Counted from the stretch's first letter, positions 1 to 9,032 are shown. The stretch: 64,000 nt of DNA from Kiritimatiellia bacterium (GCA_040767085.1 JAXGPF010000010.1:64001-128000), one strand, 5' to 3'. The notes: generated from the sequence alone by a model not told the origin. Translations and numbers: made by a program.

Positions 1-68
1 GCGGTCAAACAATCGCGGCCGGCGGCCCGCCGGCGCGGCGGCCGGCGGCCGCGGCGCGGGTAAGCGCC

Positions 69-130
69 CTGTAGTGGCCGCACTATGTGCGGCATCCGGC
101 TGTAGTAGCCGCACGGTGTGCGGCATCCGG
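69..130 (+). repeat. Two tandem 31-bp GTAG-type REP-like palindromic units
   Basis: CTGTAGTGGCCGCACTATGTGCGGCATCCGG (69-99) and CTGTAGTAGCCGCACGGTGTGCGGCATCCGG (100-130); each has GTAG followed by the hairpin GCCGCAC-N3-GTGCGGC. Confidence 0.7.
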
Positions 131-223
131 TAGTCCAGCCGCCGCGCGGTTATGCGGTGCTTCAGAATGCTGCTCGCCGGCGGCGGGATGCGGCTGAGCA
201 AAGCCGCTGGCGAGGCAACGCTT

Positions 224-2137
224 ATGCGTGAATATTTTAAAAAACTTCCGTCCTGCTTGCCGGGGTGGGCGGCGCTGCTGTTGCTGGCCTGGCTGGCCCT
301 GCCCGGCGATTACATCGCCATGGGGCGGGGCTTGGATGTGTCCTGGGTTTACGCGATCAATGCCGCCGCCGGCATGGGGTTGCGCTTCGGACGCGACTTG
401 ATTTTTACGTACGGCCCGCTGGGCTGGCTGGCCATGCCCATGGCCGTTGACGACAACCTGGCCTGGGCGCTGGTGTTCAACCTGGCGTTGCACGGCCTGC
501 TGGTGGCGGTGCTGGCGGTGCATGCCGCCGGCGGAGCCTGGGAACGCCTGGCCATGTTCGCCGGGGCCTGGTTGATCCTGCTCGGCGCGGGATTGCCGCG
601 CGAGTATCAATGGCTGCTCTTGACGCTCATCCTGCTCGGCACGGCCTTGCGCGCGCCCCGGCCGGCCGCCGCGCTGGCCGCCGCCGCCGCCATCCTGGCG
701 GCGGTTTTCTTACATATCAAGTTTTCACTGGGGGTCGCGGCCCTGGCCACCCTGGGCCTGTTTCACCTGCTGAACCTGGGCCTGCGCAATCCGCGCGCCG
801 GCCGCCGCCTGTTGGAAGCGGTTGCCATCCTGGGAGCGGTTGGCGCGGGGCTGGCTTGGCTGCTTTTCAATAATTCGGGCGACTACCGGCAATGGCTGCG
901 GGGTTCATTGGAACTGGCGGCGGGGTACAGTTCCGCCATGTCGCTCCCGGGGCCGGGTATGGAAGTTATTTTCGGCGTCTTAGTGCTGGCTTTGTATGCC
1001 GGGCTGACCGTGCTGGCTTGGACGCGCGATCGTGCTTCCGCGCTTTTTCCCGTGCTGGCGTCGGGCATATTCCTGGCGGCATTCAAGCACGGATTTGTCC
1101 GGCAGGATGCCCATGTCGTCATTTTCTTTACCGCGGCGTCCGGCATTTTCGCCGGCTGGTTGCTCTTTGCCCGGCGCGGCGCGTTTCCCGCGGCCGCGGT
1201 GGCGCTGCTGGTGTCGCTGCCCCTGGCGCTGGCCGTCGGCTCCCGGCATGGCGTCATGCCCGGCGGCGTTTATTACCGCCTGCTGAGCGGCCAGTCAGCC
1301 ATGGAAAAAGTGGAATATCTGCGCCATCGCAATGAATATGAACGCCGTTTCCAGGCGCAATTCAATGCCGCGCGGGAGGCCGCCGCCGTGCCGGCGCCCG
1401 CCCTGGCGGAAATCCGCGCCGCCGGCGCGGGGGTGGACGCGGTGCCCTGGGAACTGACCTGGATTCCGGGTAACCGCCTGCGCTGGCGGGTGCAGCCGCT
1501 GCTGCAGTTGTATTCCGCCTACACGCCCTGGCTGGACCGGTTTGCCGCGGCGCATTACACCGGCGCGGATGCGCCGGAATACGTGCTGTTGCATTATGGG
1601 AGTCTTGATGGACGCTACCTGGCCTGGGACGCGCCGCTGGCCTGGCAGATGCTTTTACGCTGCTACGAATGGCAGGCAGATTTGACGGCGGCGGGCTTGA
1701 CCCTGGTGCGCCGCCGGCCGGCGCCGCTGCCGGCGCCCGCCGCCGCCGGCAGCGCCATTTTGACGAGGGAAGAGTGGCTGGCCTTGCCGGAAACCAACGC
1801 TTTGCTCTTCGCGGCCCTGGACTTGCCGATGAACCTGCCCGGCCGGATGTTGAATGCGTGTTTCCGCGCCCCGCCGCTGCAGATGGAAGTTGAATACGAC
1901 GAGGGGCAGCGTTATCGTTTCCAACTGACGCCCGCCGTCGCCGGCCATGGCTTGCAGATTAATTTTCTTCCCGAGCGCTACAGCCAGTTGGCGCAATTCT
2001 GGCAGGGCGCCGCCTGGCATCGGGTCCGCCGGATCCGCCTGGCCGGCCCGGGCCGGAATTTTTATCCCGTGCAGGTGCCGGTGCAGTGGCGGAAATTGCC
2101 CATCATCATGGAATACCGGGGCCGGACTTCCGGCTGA
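224..2137 (+). CDS. Multi-pass membrane protein, putative GT-C-fold (lipid-linked sugar) transferase with soluble C-terminal domain
   Basis: About 11 hydrophobic segments; first loop motif GLDxSW...GLxFGRDxxFTYGPLG; sits upstream of a GtrB-like GT2. Start uncertain (ORF open from 152; ATG 224 chosen). Confidence 0.55.
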   Translation: MREYFKKLPSCLPGWAALLLLAWLALPGDYIAMGRGLDVSWVYAINAAAGMGLRFGRDLIFTYGPLGWLAMPMAVDDNLAWALVFNLALHGLLVAVLAVHAAGGAWERLAMFAGAWLILLGAGLPREYQWLLLTLILLGTALRAPRPAAALAAAAAILAAVFLHIKFSLGVAALATLGLFHLLNLGLRNPRAGRRLLEAVAILGAVGAGLAWLLFNNSGDYRQWLRGSLELAAGYSSAMSLPGPGMEVIFGVLVLALYAGLTVLAWTRDRASALFPVLASGIFLAAFKHGFVRQDAHVVIFFTAASGIFAGWLLFARRGAFPAAAVALLVSLPLALAVGSRHGVMPGGVYYRLLSGQSAMEKVEYLRHRNEYERRFQAQFNAAREAAAVPAPALAEIRAAGAGVDAVPWELTWIPGNRLRWRVQPLLQLYSAYTPWLDRFAAAHYTGADAPEYVLLHYGSLDGRYLAWDAPLAWQMLLRCYEWQADLTAAGLTLVRRRPAPLPAPAAAGSAILTREEWLALPETNALLFAALDLPMNLPGRMLNACFRAPPLQMEVEYDEGQRYRFQLTPAVAGHGLQINFLPERYSQLAQFWQGAAWHRVRRIRLAGPGRNFYPVQVPVQWRKLPIIMEYRGRTSG

Positions 2138-2292
2138 CCGTCCGCCCGCATCACGCCGGCCATGCCGATGATTTTGGAATGCGGCAGCCCCGCTGGGTTG
2201 GGGCAAGTTTGACGCCGCTTTTCTGCCGGACGCGCCGCCGGCGCAGCTTTTTTGCTTGAGATAGCCTGCCGGATTGTGTCAGATTACACTTT

Positions 2293-3312
2293 ATGAAATT
2301 GAGCATTGTCACAAGCTTATACAATTCCGCCGCGTTCCTGCCGGAATTCTACGAGCGCATCATCCGGGCGGCGCTCCGCTGCACGGACGACTTTGAGTTG
2401 GTTTTCGTGGACGACGGATCGCCGGACAATTCCAGCGAACTGGTCCGCGGTCTCATGGCGCGGGATGCCCGGGTGGTCCTGGTGGAATTGTCACGGAATT
2501 TCGGCCATCACCACGCCAGCCTGGCGGGCGTGATGGCGGCGCGGGGCGACCGGGTGTTTTACCTGGACGTGGATCTGGAAGACCAGCCGGAATGGCTGGA
2601 CTTGTTCGTCCGTGAAATGGGCCAGCACCAGTGCGACATCGTGTATGCCGCCCGGGAACAGCGCGCGGGGAATTGGTTCCGGCGCTGGTCCGGCTCCCTG
2701 TTTTACCGGCTGTTCAACATGTTTTCGGATGTCAAAATCGTACCGAACATCTGTTCCGCCTGCCTGATGCAGCGCGCTTTCGTGGAAGCCATGCGCGCCA
2801 TGCAGGAAAAAAACCTCTTCCTGGTCGGCGCCATGGCCTGGATGGGATTTCGCTCGCGCGTGATTACGGTGCAGCGTCCGGTGCGCGCCACGCCCTCCAA
2901 TTATACGCTCTGGCGGTCGCTGCGCCTGGCCGCCAACGCCGTCACCTCCTTTTCCGCGTATCCACTGCACCTGATTTTCCTGCTGGGGCTGGCGCTCTCG
3001 CTCTGCTTCGGCGGCATGGGCGCGTTCATGCTGGTGAAAAAAATCCTGTTTCCCCACCGCGTGTTCTTCGGGTACGCTTCGATTATCGTTTCCATCTGGT
3101 TTCTGGGCGGAGTGCTGATTCTGTTTATCGGGATCATCGGCATTTACCTGGCGAAAATCTTCACCGAGGTCAAGGCCCGGCCGCAATACGTCATCCGGCG
3201 GATTCACCGCGCCCCGGCGCCGCCTCCGGCCGGCTGGAATGAAAGCGGGTTTGAAATAGCCGCATCGGGCGCAATAGGGCAGGGCGGCAACGCGCAGGGG
3301 AAGCCAACATGA
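2293..3312 (+). CDS. GT2 polyisoprenyl-phosphate glycosyltransferase (GtrB/ArnC/DPM1-like)
   Basis: SIVTSLYN, FVDDGSPD, LSRNFGHH, DxDxxD motifs and two C-terminal TM helices. Confidence 0.9.
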   Translation: MKLSIVTSLYNSAAFLPEFYERIIRAALRCTDDFELVFVDDGSPDNSSELVRGLMARDARVVLVELSRNFGHHHASLAGVMAARGDRVFYLDVDLEDQPEWLDLFVREMGQHQCDIVYAAREQRAGNWFRRWSGSLFYRLFNMFSDVKIVPNICSACLMQRAFVEAMRAMQEKNLFLVGAMAWMGFRSRVITVQRPVRATPSNYTLWRSLRLAANAVTSFSAYPLHLIFLLGLALSLCFGGMGAFMLVKKILFPHRVFFGYASIIVSIWFLGGVLILFIGIIGIYLAKIFTEVKARPQYVIRRIHRAPAPPPAGWNESGFEIAASGAIGQGGNAQGKPT

Positions 3313-3974
3313 AACCAATCGTAATTTTCGGAATCGGCGGATTCGCCGACCAGGCCTTTTATTATTTCCGCCATGACTCGGCTTTCGACGTCCGCGCATT
3401 TACCGTGGATCAGAAGTACATTAAGGAACCGGCTTTTCACGGGCTGCCCGTGACGCCGTTCGAAACCCTGGCGGAGCAGTATCCGCCGGCGGCTTACGAT
3501 ATGTTCGTGGCCATGGGTTACAGCGATCTGAACCGGCAGCGCGCCGCCTGTTGCGCCCGCGTGCGCGCCCAGGGGTACAAGATGGTGAATTATTTTCACT
3601 CCAGCGCCCTGATCCCGCCGGACCTGGCGATCGGTGAAAATTGTTTTTTCCTGGAAAAAGTCGTGTTCCAGCCCTTTTCCCGCGTGGGCGACGGCGTGGT
3701 GATTTTAACCGACACCGGCATGGGGCATAACACCATCATCGGCGATTTCTGCTACATTTCCGGCGGCTGCTGCATTGCCGCGATGGTGGAATTCGGGCCG
3801 TATTGTTTCGTATCCCTGAATGCCACGTTCCGGCCCAAGGTGAAGATAGGCCGATCCGTGATCATCGGCGCCGGCGCCCTGATGCTTGAGGATGCCCCGG
3901 ATGAAAGCGTTTATATCGCCCGGGGCACGCCGCGGGCGCCGCGCTCCAGCCGCCTTTATCAAAAATTCATCTGA
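3309..3974 (+). CDS. NeuD/PglD-like sugar acyl(acetyl)transferase, hexapeptide repeat
   Basis: N-terminal IVIFGIGG Rossmann-like motif, FVAMGY, left-handed beta-helix repeats (IGENCF, VGDGVV, IGDFCY, IGRSVIIGAGA); ATGA overlap with GT2. Confidence 0.85.
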   Translation: MKPIVIFGIGGFADQAFYYFRHDSAFDVRAFTVDQKYIKEPAFHGLPVTPFETLAEQYPPAAYDMFVAMGYSDLNRQRAACCARVRAQGYKMVNYFHSSALIPPDLAIGENCFFLEKVVFQPFSRVGDGVVILTDTGMGHNTIIGDFCYISGGCCIAAMVEFGPYCFVSLNATFRPKVKIGRSVIIGAGALMLEDAPDESVYIARGTPRAPRSSRLYQKFI

Positions 3975-4041
3975 TCCGGCAACCGCGTTGAGCGTCCGGC
4001 GGCGGCCGGCCGCTCCGCCGTGGACGCCAGCGATACCCCCC

Positions 4042-5271
4042 ATGCAAATTCCAGGCAGAGGTAGAATTAACGATCCCGCGGTCCGGCGCAAAACGATCAT
4101 GATGCTGGGCGCGGGCAACAGCCAGTTGCCTGCCATCCGCCAGGCGGCGGCGCTGGGCTACTGCGTCATTACCGTGGATAACATCCCCGGCAACGCGGGG
4201 CATGCGCTGGCCCACCGCTGCGTCAATTGCAGCACTGTGGACCAGGCCGGCGTTTTACGCGCCGCGCGGGAACTGGCGATTGACGGCATCATGACCTTCG
4301 CCTCCGACTCGGCCACGCCCGCGGTTGGCTACGTCGCCGAGCAACTGGGCTTGCCCGGCTGTCCGGCCGCTGCGGCGCAGGTCATGTCGGACAAAGCCCG
4401 CTTCCGCGCTTTCCAGGCCGGCGCCGGATTGCCCTGCCCGAAATTTACGGTTGGCCGGAATGCCGAGTCCATGCGCGCCTGGCTGGCGGAGCAGCAAACG
4501 CCCCTGGTGATCAAGCCCGTTGACAGTTCCGGATCCCGCGGCATTTCCGTCGTGCCGGAGCCGGATTTCGACCAATGCCGGCGGGCGGTGGAATACGCGG
4601 GCCGGTATTCGCGTTCCGGCCTGGTCTGCGTGGAAGAATGCCTGTCCGGGTCGGATGTCAGCGGCGACGGTTTTCTGGTCAACGGGGCGCTCGCGGCCGT
4701 CATTACCCATAAATATAAAAACAAGCTGGTCCCGCGCGGGCACCGCCTGCCGGCCGCTTTATCCGCGGCCGATCAGGAGGCCGTGCAGCGCGCGGTCGCC
4801 GCGCATTGCCGCGCCCTGAACTACCGGGACGGGCCGCTGGATTTTGACGTCATGGTGCGCAATGGCCGGGCGGTGGTCCTGGAGATGAGCCCCCGCCTGG
4901 GCGGCAATGGCATCCCGCTCCTGATCGCGCGCGGCGGGGGCGTGGATTTGATCGGCGCGACCGCGCGGTTCGCGGTCGGGGATTCCCCGGGCGTTCCCCC
5001 GGCAATACCGGTGCTCCGCGGCTGCGGCTCGTGGATTCTGGGCAGCGCGCGGGACGGCCGGCTGGCCCGGATCGCCTCCGCCGGCGCCATGGCGCAGGCC
5101 GTGCCGGAAATTTTCGATTACACCCTTTACCGCGAAATCGGCGCGCCGGTCGCGGCGATGGCGCACAGCGCCGACAGCCTCGGCTGGGCTCTTTTCGATT
5201 GCGATTCCGACACGCATTACCTGGACATCGTCGAACGCATTCAACGGGCCCTGGATTTGAGTGTCGTATGA
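4042..5271 (+). CDS. ATP-grasp domain ligase
   Basis: MLGAG..QLPAI, DKARFR, VIKPVDSSGSRG, VEECL, LEMSPRLGG motifs; start uncertain (4042 or ~4099). Confidence 0.85.
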   Translation: MQIPGRGRINDPAVRRKTIMMLGAGNSQLPAIRQAAALGYCVITVDNIPGNAGHALAHRCVNCSTVDQAGVLRAARELAIDGIMTFASDSATPAVGYVAEQLGLPGCPAAAAQVMSDKARFRAFQAGAGLPCPKFTVGRNAESMRAWLAEQQTPLVIKPVDSSGSRGISVVPEPDFDQCRRAVEYAGRYSRSGLVCVEECLSGSDVSGDGFLVNGALAAVITHKYKNKLVPRGHRLPAALSAADQEAVQRAVAAHCRALNYRDGPLDFDVMVRNGRAVVLEMSPRLGGNGIPLLIARGGGVDLIGATARFAVGDSPGVPPAIPVLRGCGSWILGSARDGRLARIASAGAMAQAVPEIFDYTLYREIGAPVAAMAHSADSLGWALFDCDSDTHYLDIVERIQRALDLSVV

Positions 5272-5287
5272 CAGGCGCGATTCCAAT

Positions 5288-6637
5288 ATGAAACTTACCT
5301 GGCGGATTTTAAATCGCTTGGCGAAAAAATTCGGCCCGTCGTTCTACCTGTTCGACGCCGCGGCATTTGACCGCAATTACGCGGAGTTGCTGGCCGCCTT
5401 CCGCCGCCATTACCCGCGCACGGCCCTGGCCTATTCCTACAAGACCAATTACCTGCCGCGCATGTGCCGTCGCGCGAACGAACTGGGCGGCTATGCCGAA
5501 GTCGTGTCGGGCATGGAGTATGAACTGGCCCTGCGGATCGGCGTCCCGCCCGCTAGAATTATTTTCAACGGGCCGTACAAGACCGCCGGCGATGTCGCCC
5601 GGGCCTTGCGCGATGGCGCCCTGGTGAACCTTGACAGCGCCGCCGAAGTGCCGCTGGTGCAGGCGGCCGCCCGCCGGGCGGGGAGCCGCGCCTTGCGCGT
5701 CGGCTTGCGCTGCAATTTCGATTTCGGCGCGCGCGGCATTTCGCGTTTCGGTCTGGACGCCGCCGGCGGCGCCCTGGCGGATGCCATTGCACGGTTGCGC
5801 CGGATCAAGCGGTGCCGGATGGACGGGCTGCACTGCCACTTCCTGCCGCCCGGCCGCGGTCCCGCGGCCTATGCGGCGGTCGCCCGGGGCATGCTGCAGC
5901 TTGCGCGGGAATGTTTTGGCGCGCGGCCGCCGGCCCTGCTGGACCTCGGCGGAGGCTTTTGCAGCAGGATGCGCCCGGAATTGGCGGAGCAATTTGATTT
6001 TAACATCCCGACTTTTCAGGAATACGCCCGCGCCATCGCCGCGCAGTTCGCGCGGGCCTATCCCGACGCGGCAGGCCCCGAACTCGTGCTCGAACCCGGC
6101 ATTGCGCTGGCCGCGGATGCGCTCCAATTCGCCGCCAAGGTCGTGTCGTTCAAAACCATTGGCGGTAAAAATTACGCCCTCCTGGCCGGTAGTGTCTATG
6201 ACATCAAGCCCACCAAAAACGCGAAAAACCTTCCCCTGCAACACTTGCCCCAACCGGGCAATGCGCGCGCGCGCCGTCCGGGCGGGCTCCTGGACCTGGT
6301 CGGTTATACCTGCATGGAAGACGATTGCCTGTACCGGAATTACATGGGGCCGTTGGCAGTGAACGATTACGTCGTCTTTCATAATGTCGGCGCGTACACG
6401 ATTGTTTTAAAACCGCCGTTTATCGTTCCGGCGCCGCCCATTTTGGCTGAGTCCGCCGCCGTACCGGGAGAATTTGAAACTGTGCGGCGCCAGGAGTCGT
6501 TTGACGACGTGTTCGCCACATACGTGTTCGATCCAGAGGCACAGAGGGGTAAAGGCGGAGAGGATCAGAGGGGCAGAGGATCAGAGGGGCAGAGGGGCAG
6601 AGGGGCAGAGGGACATAGGCACAAAAAGGCAGAGTGA
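5288..6637 (+). CDS. Fold-type III PLP-dependent decarboxylase (LysA/BtrK-like)
   Basis: AYSYKTN (PLP lysine), EVVSGME, FNGPYK, SRFG, LDLGGG, LEPG, GYTCMEDD, VGAY; last ~33 aa come from an octamer DNA repeat. Confidence 0.85.
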   Translation: MKLTWRILNRLAKKFGPSFYLFDAAAFDRNYAELLAAFRRHYPRTALAYSYKTNYLPRMCRRANELGGYAEVVSGMEYELALRIGVPPARIIFNGPYKTAGDVARALRDGALVNLDSAAEVPLVQAAARRAGSRALRVGLRCNFDFGARGISRFGLDAAGGALADAIARLRRIKRCRMDGLHCHFLPPGRGPAAYAAVARGMLQLARECFGARPPALLDLGGGFCSRMRPELAEQFDFNIPTFQEYARAIAAQFARAYPDAAGPELVLEPGIALAADALQFAAKVVSFKTIGGKNYALLAGSVYDIKPTKNAKNLPLQHLPQPGNARARRPGGLLDLVGYTCMEDDCLYRNYMGPLAVNDYVVFHNVGAYTIVLKPPFIVPAPPILAESAAVPGEFETVRRQESFDDVFATYVFDPEAQRGKGGEDQRGRGSEGQRGRGAEGHRHKKAE

Positions 6638-6684
6638 AGCGAAGAAGTAATCCGTCTATGATCCTTTGATCCTCTGTGTCTTTG
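6530..6684. repeat. Octamer repeat array (CAGAGGGG/CAGAGGAT) with an inverted partner array
   Basis: About 12 degenerate 8-mers at 6530-6635; the reverse complement of 6656-6684 reads CAAAGACACAGAGGATCAAAGGATCATAG. Confidence 0.7.
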
Positions 6685-6697
6685 CTGCTGATTGAAA

Positions 6698-6721
6698 AAT
6701 TCAGAATTCAGCAGTCAGAAT
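6698..6721 (+). repeat. Heptamer tandem repeat (AATTCAG-like)
   Basis: AATTCAG AATTCAG CAGTCAG AAT; near-identical to 48750-48769. Confidence 0.55.
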
Positions 6722-6799
6722 ATTGTAAATTGACAGAAGCAAGTTTCAGGCAAAAATCCGGTCTAGACAAATCAGCGTAAAAATAATTGCAGAATTTTG

Positions 6800-6833
6800 T
6801 TGACGCGAAAGATTAAAGTGGTATAAATATACC
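6800..6833 (+). promoter_or_regulatory. Sigma70-type promoter with overlapping palindromic operator (likely Rrf2 site)
   Basis: TTGACG (6800-6805), N16, TGn-TATAAA (6822-6827); perfect 6-2-6 palindrome GGTATA-AA-TATACC at 6820-6833. Confidence 0.6.
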
Positions 6834-6884
6834 TGATTACTTGAAAGGCCGCCTGGGAAGGGGCTGGGGTGAGCGGGAGGGAGT

Positions 6885-7382
6885 ATGTCGTCGTTATTGA
6901 AGATTTCCGATGCGGTGTCCATCGGGCTGCATGCCCTGGTTGTCATGGCCGGCGAACCGCGCGGCGTGTTTTCGGCGGTCTGTCTGGCCCGAAACCTGGG
7001 GGTTTCCCGCAACCATCTCGTCAAGGTCTTGCAGCGGCTGGCCCGTGCGGGGTTGGTCAGGCCCGTGCGCGGCCCGCGCGGCGGTTATATTTTGGCGAAG
7101 GCGCCTGCGCGGATTACCCTGCGCCTGGTTTTGGAAGCGCTGGAAGGACGCCTGGAGCCTGCCGGCTGCCTCCTGCACCGGCCGATCTGCGGCGGCCATT
7201 GCCTGCTGGGCCCTGTCTTCCAGGCAGTCAACCAGCAGCTCGTGTCGTTTTTTTCAACTGCCAATATCGCCGCTTTGTCGGCGCGGCTGCCCGGCGGACG
7301 GGGCGGGGCGCGGAGGCCGGCCGGCCAAAAGGAGGAGTGTTTGGATTCCCGCCCCTGGCGGATAAGATTTAACGCGGTATGA
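6885..7382 (+). CDS. Rrf2-family transcriptional regulator (Fe-S, NsrR/IscR-like)
   Basis: HLVKVLQRL..AGLV...RGPRGGYIL...ITL wHTH motif; three C-terminal Cys (C-x6-C-x3-C); RBS GGGAGGGAG. Confidence 0.9.
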   Translation: MSSLLKISDAVSIGLHALVVMAGEPRGVFSAVCLARNLGVSRNHLVKVLQRLARAGLVRPVRGPRGGYILAKAPARITLRLVLEALEGRLEPAGCLLHRPICGGHCLLGPVFQAVNQQLVSFFSTANIAALSARLPGGRGGARRPAGQKEECLDSRPWRIRFNAV

Positions 7383-7412
7383 CAGTTAACTATCGGGAAC
7401 AAGGAGGAGATC

Positions 7413-9032
7413 ATGTTTTGTTATCAATGCGAACAAACGGTGCAGGGCGCGGGCTGCACGCGCGCGGGTGTCTGCGGCAAGGACAACCTTACCGCCAATA
7501 TGCAGGATTTGCTGATCAGCCGTCTGAAATTAATCGGCGACTATGCCTGGCGGGCGCGTCGGGAAGGCCGCAAGGATGACCGGTTGGACCGCTTTGTCAT
7601 CGAGGGCCTTTTTTCCACCGTAACGAATGTGAATTTCGATCCGCAGCGTCTGGAGACGATTCTGGCGGAATCGGAGAACATGCTGGCGGCGGCGCGGGAA
7701 CTGGCCGGCGCGGCGGGAGCGGACCGGCCCGCGCCCGCGCCATTGCCCCGCGGCCTGGAAGCGCTGGCGGCCGCGGGCGAAGCTGACGGCATCATGCGGC
7801 GGCGCCAGGCGGCGGGCGATGACGTTGCCGGTCTGCAGGAATTGTTGACGTACGGGTTGAAAGGCACCGCGGCTTACGCCGATCACGCGGCCATCCTGGG
7901 GCGCACGGACGAGGCGCTCAATGCGTTTTTCCACGAGGCGCTCAGCTTCCTGGCCGGCGAACCGGCCGGCGCGGAAGAATTGCTCGGCATGTGCCTGCGC
8001 TGCGGGGAAATGAACTTGAAGGCCATGGCGTTGCTGGACGCGGCCAACACGGGCGCTTTTGGCGACCCGGTGCCGACGCCCGTGCGGGTGGACCCGGTGC
8101 GCGGCAAGGCGATCCTGATTTCCGGACATGATCTCCTGGACCTGGAGGCCTTGCTCAAGCAGACGGAAGGCAAGGGGATCAATGTTTACACGCATGGCGA
8201 GATGCTGCCGGCGCACGGCTACCCGAAATTGAAACGTTACGGGCATCTGGCGGGCAATTACGGCGGCGCCTGGCAGGATCAGCGCAAGGAGTTTGCGGAA
8301 TTTCCCGGCGCGATTCTGATGACCACTAATTGCATTCAACGCCCGCAGGAATCGTATCAAAGTCGGATCTTCACCTGCGGTTTGGTGGCCTGGCCGGGTG
8401 TGCGGCATATTGCCAACCGCGATTTCACCCCGGTCATCGAGGCTGCCCTGGCGGCGCCCGGTTTCAAGGAAGATGGCCCCGGAAAAACCATTCTGGTGGG
8501 CTTTGGACACGCGGCGGTGATGCAGGCGGCGGGACAGGTGGTGGCCGCGGTAAAATCCGGCGCCATCCGCCACTTCTTCCTGATCGGCGGCTGCGACGGC
8601 GCCAAGAGCGGGCGCAATTATTACACCGACCTGGCGCAGCAGATTCCCAAGGATTGCGTCATCCTGACGCTGGCCTGCGGGAAATTCCGGTTCAACAAGC
8701 TGGATTTCGGAGATATCGGCGGCATCCCCCGCCTGTTGGACTGCGGGCAATGCAACGACGCCTATTCCGCTATCCAGATTGCGGTGGCGCTGGCGCATGC
8801 CTTCAAGTGCGGCGTGAACGACCTGCCGCTTTCGCTGGTTCTGTCCTGGTACGAGCAGAAGGCGGTGTGCATCCTGCTGACCCTGCTGCACCTGGGCATC
8901 CGCAATATCCGGCTGGGCCCCAGTCTGCCGGCATTCGTTACGCCGCCGGTGTTGAAAATCCTGGCCGATAAATTCAATATCATGCCCATCACCACGCCGG
9001 AACAGGATTTGAAGGCGATTCTGGGTAAATAA
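7413..9032 (+). CDS. hcp: Hybrid cluster protein (hydroxylamine/NO reductase)
   Basis: MFCYQCEQT..GC...GVCGK N-terminus, SGHDL, YTHGEMLPAH, GGCDG, DCGQCND, LSWYEQKAV; RBS AAGGAGGAG. Confidence 0.97.
   Translation: MFCYQCEQTVQGAGCTRAGVCGKDNLTANMQDLLISRLKLIGDYAWRARREGRKDDRLDRFVIEGLFSTVTNVNFDPQRLETILAESENMLAAARELAGAAGADRPAPAPLPRGLEALAAAGEADGIMRRRQAAGDDVAGLQELLTYGLKGTAAYADHAAILGRTDEALNAFFHEALSFLAGEPAGAEELLGMCLRCGEMNLKAMALLDAANTGAFGDPVPTPVRVDPVRGKAILISGHDLLDLEALLKQTEGKGINVYTHGEMLPAHGYPKLKRYGHLAGNYGGAWQDQRKEFAEFPGAILMTTNCIQRPQESYQSRIFTCGLVAWPGVRHIANRDFTPVIEAALAAPGFKEDGPGKTILVGFGHAAVMQAAGQVVAAVKSGAIRHFFLIGGCDGAKSGRNYYTDLAQQIPKDCVILTLACGKFRFNKLDFGDIGGIPRLLDCGQCNDAYSAIQIAVALAHAFKCGVNDLPLSLVLSWYEQKAVCILLTLLHLGIRNIRLGPSLPAFVTPPVLKILADKFNIMPITTPEQDLKAILGK

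Noticed and set aside
69-130. CRISPR array
   Set aside because: Only two abutting units with no spacer and no cas genes
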